A DNA stretch of 50,977 nt from Actinomycetota bacterium (GTDB lineage: Bacteria > Actinomycetota > Humimicrobiia > Humimicrobiales > Humimicrobiaceae): NCBI GenBank assembly GCA_013202875.1, contig JABMRD010000009.1, positions 1 to 50,977 on the forward strand. Reading direction: 5' to 3'. Below the pieces are notes generated by a model. That model did no database searches. It saw only the letters and a list, made by a program, of their open reading frames with translations, and had not been told where the DNA came from. Shown piece by piece: positions 46,559-50,977 of this stretch. Both the position numbers and the translations under genes were made by a program. Each line of letters opens with the position of its first letter. Within the stretch, counting starts at the first letter, position 1.

Positions 46559-47218
46559 TCACATATTATTTTTATTCCTGCAATGATCTAAAACCCATTT
46601 TACCCATTTTTCCAAGCCAATACCAGTTTTACAGGATATTTTTATCACCTCAGAGCGGGGATTAAGCTCACCAACTTTTTTAATAAAAAACTTCTGGTTA
46701 AAATCACTTATCTTTATTAGATCCATTTTATTCAGTAAAATCAAATTACTTTTAATAAAGACCGGTGGATATTTTACCGGCTTATCATCCCCTTCATTGA
46801 CCGATGAAATAACAATCTTATAATCTTCCCCCAAATCAAATCCTACAGGACATATTAAATTACCTACATTTTCGATTATTATTAAATCCAGATTCTCAAT
46901 TTTCAGTTTACTGGCCGCCTGTGCCACCATAGTGGCATTTAAATGACAGGTACCACCGGTATTTATTTGAACTACATTATCTGTAAATTTTTTGATTTTT
47001 TCAGCATCATAAGTTGAGGAAATATCTCCCTCAATTACCCCGATGTCTTTCTTACCATTTAGCCTTTTTATAGTCTCGATAATCAATGAAGTCTTCCCTG
47101 CCCCGGGTGATGAAAGCAGATTTAAAACTAAAATATTATTGCTTTTAAACAAATTTCTATTTTTATCTGCCTGGTCTTTATTATATTTCAGTACATTTTC
47201 AATTACATCTATCTTCAT
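46559..47218 (-). CDS. hypB: Hydrogenase nickel incorporation GTPase HypB
   Basis: 219 aa. It has the P-loop SSPGAGKTSL, the metal-site motif GGTCHL and NKMD. There is no His-rich N-terminus. Confidence 0.9.
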   Translation of the reverse strand: MKIDVIENVLKYNKDQADKNRNLFKSNNILVLNLLSSPGAGKTSLIIETIKRLNGKKDIGVIEGDISSTYDAEKIKKFTDNVVQINTGGTCHLNATMVAQAASKLKIENLDLIIIENVGNLICPVGFDLGEDYKIVISSVNEGDDKPVKYPPVFIKSNLILLNKMDLIKISDFNQKFFIKKVGELNPRSEVIKISCKTGIGLEKWVKWVLDHCRNKNNM

Positions 47219-47352
47219 TTTATACTGTCTGCTGTAAAATAAAGTAAATCCTTAAAAAAATTTCCATAAAATCTACATTATATTAACTCAATCTAATCTA
47301 ATGTCAATTTAAACAATACTAAAATATTTTATTTGAAAATAAAAATTGATGT

Positions 47353-47361
47353 TGCTATAAT
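47353..47361 (+). promoter_or_regulatory. Candidate extended -10 element (TGCTATAAT) upstream of the DUF1015 gene
   Basis: It fits TGnTATAAT exactly and lies 69 nt upstream of the ATG at 47430. There is no good -35. The context is AT-rich. Confidence 0.25.
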
Positions 47362-47429
47362 CTCAAATCAATTTTATATTAATTTATGTTAAACTTTAAA
47401 CAGAATATAACTGTAAAAGGATTGTCTAA

Positions 47430-48728
47430 ATGGTTGATATCTTGCCCTTTAATGGGCTTATTTATAATGAAAACAAAATAGGGAATATTTCCCAGGTAAT
47501 ATCTCCCCCCTATGATGTAGTTTCACCAACCTTAAAGAAAAAGCTTTACAATACTCATCCTTACAACATTATCAATTTAATACTGCCAAAAGGCAGCACC
47601 GGGGAGAAATACATAAAAGCGAATGAACTACTGACTGACTGGATAAAAAAAGATATCCTGAAATTTGATAAGGACAGATGTTTTTATATTATAGAAGAAA
47701 GTTACTATCCAGGCAGTAAAAGAAAAAAAATTCTGGGCTTTATCGGTCTTACTGAATTAGAGCCATATTCTAAACTTCGGATTATTCCTCATGAACAGAC
47801 TTCATTCAAAATCAAAGAGGATAGATTAAAACTGCTTTCAAAATGCAGGGCAAACTTCGGACTGGTGTTTACACTTTATAATGACAATTTGACTAAAATA
47901 ACAGATATCTTAAAAAATACGATGCAGAAAAAACTCTTTAAAGATACGCCGGCAGGATATGATTCTACACTGGGGTTCAAATTATGGAAAATCACAGATG
48001 TGGAAGATGTAAAAAAGATCATAAATATTATGAAAGATAAGAAATTAATAATAGCAGACGGGCACCACCGCTATGAAACCTCTCTGGCTTACAGGGACGA
48101 ATATAAAAAACTTAACCGTAAAAAAGGACAGAATCTGCCAGGCCCTGAAGATTTTATTCTCACATTATATGTTGACAGCGGTCAAAATGACCTCCTTATA
48201 CTCCCCAATCACAGAACGATAAAATTTAAGAACTATCCAGGCCTAGAAAAAATTCTGGATAAACTCACTGATATTTTTAATATTGAAGCAGATACAATAA
48301 AGCCTGCCCTCTATCTCAATAAAAGACTTTTAAAATCAAAATCCAGAAGTCTTAAAAGTTTCTTTCTGTACGGTGAGAATAAAAAACTATATTTCATAAC
48401 TATGAAACCATCTTTCATAGGTTTTACTACCTATGCCAAATCCGTGGATAGAGAATATTTAAACACGGACATAAACATATTCCATAAATTTTTAATGGAA
48501 AAAATTTCTGCCTTGTATAAAATTGCAAAAATTGATTATACTCATTCCATAGATAATGTTATAGATAATATCGACCGCAAGAAATTTGATATTGGAGTAT
48601 TGTTAAATACACCTACGGTAAAAGAGCTGGAAAGAATCTGTATGTCCGGACATCTGATGCCGCATAAATCTACTTACTTTTATCCCAAACCCTGTACCGG
48701 TCTGGTCATGTACAAGTTTGACAGGTAA
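47430..48728 (+). CDS. DUF1015 family protein
   Basis: 432 aa. It has the N-terminus ILPFNGLIY..ISPPYDV and IIADGHHRYETS, both typical of DUF1015. Confidence 0.75.
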   Translation: MVDILPFNGLIYNENKIGNISQVISPPYDVVSPTLKKKLYNTHPYNIINLILPKGSTGEKYIKANELLTDWIKKDILKFDKDRCFYIIEESYYPGSKRKKILGFIGLTELEPYSKLRIIPHEQTSFKIKEDRLKLLSKCRANFGLVFTLYNDNLTKITDILKNTMQKKLFKDTPAGYDSTLGFKLWKITDVEDVKKIINIMKDKKLIIADGHHRYETSLAYRDEYKKLNRKKGQNLPGPEDFILTLYVDSGQNDLLILPNHRTIKFKNYPGLEKILDKLTDIFNIEADTIKPALYLNKRLLKSKSRSLKSFFLYGENKKLYFITMKPSFIGFTTYAKSVDREYLNTDINIFHKFLMEKISALYKIAKIDYTHSIDNVIDNIDRKKFDIGVLLNTPTVKELERICMSGHLMPHKSTYFYPKPCTGLVMYKFDR

Positions 48729-48784
48729 TCATCGCTACTTAATCATAACTACTTATTTAGATCATAGGAAATTGCCAAACAAAT

Positions 48785-50656
48785 CTAAAATGAAAACGGT
48801 GAAATATATTCTCCCTCTTTATTTTTTAGATTCTCAAGCCTTGTTTTCTGCTCTTTGAGGATTTCGAATAATATATCAGGAACACCGGAACCCAAATCAT
48901 TATAAATTTTTATAATTCTATCTATTTTTGAAAGATTTTCAGGAACTCTTAAAGTAAATTGCCTAATATAATCTTTCTTTACATAATCCTTCCCAAGAAC
49001 AGCTTTAAACAGTATTTTAAGATCTTCATATTCTGGAATAAAACCTGTACCAACATTAATTGCCTTTACCTCTTCATGAACACGGAGCTCCATCCACTTA
49101 AGCCATATCCTTTTATCAGTCTTTTCATTTAAATAATTACCATTACTGTCCTTCAAAAAATAATTAACACTAAATATTTTAGGTGGATTTTCCAGCGACT
49201 CTCCAAATTCAAGATTAATATCTATATATTTACTAACAGGGATTGATAGAAAATCCAGATTTGACATAGGATTAAATTTTCTTATACCTGTTTTACCAAG
49301 AGTAGCTGCAGTTGTTTCTGACTCTATGGACGCGCCCATGCTTATAATCCCATGAACCCAATTATATGCCTCCTGCACCGGTACCAGCGTATCCGAATCC
49401 CTTCCTCCGTATATTATGCCCTTGATTTCAACACCGTCGGGATTATCATAATTTATATCAAGATTATATAAATTTTTAAGATTAACTGTAAATCTTGCAT
49501 TCTTATGAGAAGGAGCTATCTCTTTTCCTTCAGAGTCTTTCTTTCCCGGATACCACTCACCTGAATGATTTATTCCTTTTTCAGGTACATCTCCAGGTTT
49601 TCCTACCCAGCAGACATCTCCATCTTCTGCTACCAGTACATTGGAGAATATAATTTCATTTGGTTCATTTAGAACTTTCCATATGGATGGATCATCATCC
49701 GGGTTAATATCTTCTATTATTCCAAAAATTCCTATTTCCACATTAACAGCATATACCTTATTTTCAATTTTCTTAATATAGACAATATCATCACCGACTA
49801 TTGTCTCCCCAGGAATCATTGCTGTAGAAGTCTTCCCACACATTGATGGAAAAGCTCCGGCAAAATATGTTACTCTGCCCCCAGGACCATGTATTCCGGA
49901 AATAAACATATGTTCAGTTAACCAATTTTCTTTTGAAGCTCTGTTTATTCCAAGACGCATAGCAAGTTTCTTATGCCCAATGGTATTCCCACCGTACTGA
50001 GTATTTACAGAATATACAATATCTTCTTCGGTATCCATGTATATTCTTCTTTTATCAATATTTACACTTACTCCATCTTTAATTTCTCCAGCCGAATGTA
50101 CAAATTGGAAAAAATCTTTATAATTTCCAAGCCTTCTAAATTCTTCATATCCGGGTCTGTAAAGTATAATTTCAGAATGTGCTACATAACTTGAATCCGT
50201 TAACTGAATAGCAGGAATTGCGAATTTAGAATTAGCCGGTCCTAAACAGAAAAAAAGTATATATAATTCTCTGTCATGCATTATGTCTTCCATAATACTT
50301 AAAATTTCTTCAAGTCCCCTTTCTTTGTCTATTGTATTCAGGCCAGACCCTAAACAAACTCCTTTTGGAACCATCAACCTGGTATGTTCTTTATCTCTAC
50401 CCTGATCATAATAACCATCAAAATGAACCTTATGTCCTTCCATTGAAAGTTTCTTTTCTTCACCGTCACTTATAGTTTTATTCCTTATATAATTAAAATC
50501 ATTTTCAGAATCTTCACAAATAAAGATTGTTTTAGGATTTAAAAGCTTAATAAATTTTACAATGAACTTAAAAAGATAATTATTTTCTATTTTAACTATT
50601 TTTTCGAAATTTTCCCTGTCACATTTTTCCTTTATTATTTCCAAATCTTTACTCAT
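48785..50656 (-). CDS. pckG: Phosphoenolpyruvate carboxykinase (GTP)
   Basis: 623 aa. It has the kinase-1a motif FPSMCGKTS, the GHKKLAMR.. region and the GGRDSD motif. The length fits GTP-type PEPCK. Confidence 0.9.
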   Translation of the reverse strand: MSKDLEIIKEKCDRENFEKIVKIENNYLFKFIVKFIKLLNPKTIFICEDSENDFNYIRNKTISDGEEKKLSMEGHKVHFDGYYDQGRDKEHTRLMVPKGVCLGSGLNTIDKERGLEEILSIMEDIMHDRELYILFFCLGPANSKFAIPAIQLTDSSYVAHSEIILYRPGYEEFRRLGNYKDFFQFVHSAGEIKDGVSVNIDKRRIYMDTEEDIVYSVNTQYGGNTIGHKKLAMRLGINRASKENWLTEHMFISGIHGPGGRVTYFAGAFPSMCGKTSTAMIPGETIVGDDIVYIKKIENKVYAVNVEIGIFGIIEDINPDDDPSIWKVLNEPNEIIFSNVLVAEDGDVCWVGKPGDVPEKGINHSGEWYPGKKDSEGKEIAPSHKNARFTVNLKNLYNLDINYDNPDGVEIKGIIYGGRDSDTLVPVQEAYNWVHGIISMGASIESETTAATLGKTGIRKFNPMSNLDFLSIPVSKYIDINLEFGESLENPPKIFSVNYFLKDSNGNYLNEKTDKRIWLKWMELRVHEEVKAINVGTGFIPEYEDLKILFKAVLGKDYVKKDYIRQFTLRVPENLSKIDRIIKIYNDLGSGVPDILFEILKEQKTRLENLKNKEGEYISPFSF

Positions 50657-50977
50657 TATTTTCCTCCGGTATAATTTTTATAAATAATATTATTTTTTTC
50701 TCTCTAAAACTTCCATCTTTTTAAATATCCAATAAAAATACACTCTTATTTTAATAAATTAAATATTTTTATGATTATACTAAATAATTTTATAAAAATA
50801 TAGTTATTTAAATAAATATTTATAAAATTTAAAAAATTTTCAAAAAATATGTAAAATAATTTTATTTCAGATAATATTTTATAAAAATCCTATCATTTTA
50901 AAAAATTTTAAACAATTAATTACTAAAAAGCTGGAAAATTTAATTTTTTTATAACCTATTATAAAAAACAGCGTCTA
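50657..50977. other. Very AT-rich non-coding region upstream of pckG with recurring TTATAAA(A/T) motif
   Basis: No ORF is present. At least five TTATAAA(A/T)-type repeats are seen by eye. It is probably a promoter or UP-element region, and function is unknown. Confidence 0.3.

Noticed and set aside
1-50977. CRISPR arrays, transposases, integrases, phage genes, toxin-antitoxin or other defence systems, and rRNA or tRNA genes.
   Set aside because: No spaced direct repeats, no recognisable mobility or defence protein motifs and no cloverleaf-like sequences were seen in any intergenic region. This was checked by eye only, so short elements could have been missed.

Overview
This is a low-GC bacterial chromosomal window with no rRNA, tRNA, CRISPR array or mobility gene that I can see.

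**Flanks.** The left flank (1-8.1 kb) is housekeeping. On the minus strand it carries ruvB (partial), ruvA, ruvC, yebC, pdxS, htpX and lemA. On the plus strand it carries an EF-G-like GTPase paralogue coupled to a membrane-anchored CBM9-like protein. The right flank holds a DUF1015 protein, GTP-dependent PEP carboxykinase and a 320-bp very AT-rich non-coding end.

**Core (8.2-47.2 kb), a hydrogen/redox island:**
- hypFCDE on the plus strand.
- A ~20.4-kb, 21-gene co-directional minus-strand cluster (33450 to 13038) with gaps of 79 nt or less. It holds an HdrC-like protein, a tandem HdrA, FlxDCBA-like genes, an HdrA N-terminal fragment fused to NuoE/HydC, HydD-like and HydB/NuoF-like proteins, a DRTGG/CBS-kinase/DRTGG/PHP/HATPase set, a HydA/NuoG-N-terminus fused to the rest of HdrA, mvhD, a 67-aa ORF, mvhG, mvhA, a maturation protease and hypA.
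- A two-component set with no DNA-binding output, abutting a group 3b [NiFe] hydrogenase operon.
- A second, strongly diverged group 3b operon in convergent orientation with its own protease, followed by hypB.

**Most unusual observation.** An HdrA paralogue appears to have been split inside its inserted ferredoxin domain. The two pieces are fused to NuoE-like and HydA/NuoG-N-terminal-like modules. This would wire a HydBC/NuoEF-type flavin module, an HdrA-type flavin module and an Mvh-type [NiFe] hydrogenase into one predicted assembly. Sensor genes normally seen next to [FeFe] HydABC operons sit in the middle of it.

A Rex-like operator and a promoter-like element shared with the second 3b operon lie upstream. 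All calls rest on reading the translated ORFs and motifs by eye. No database search was run.
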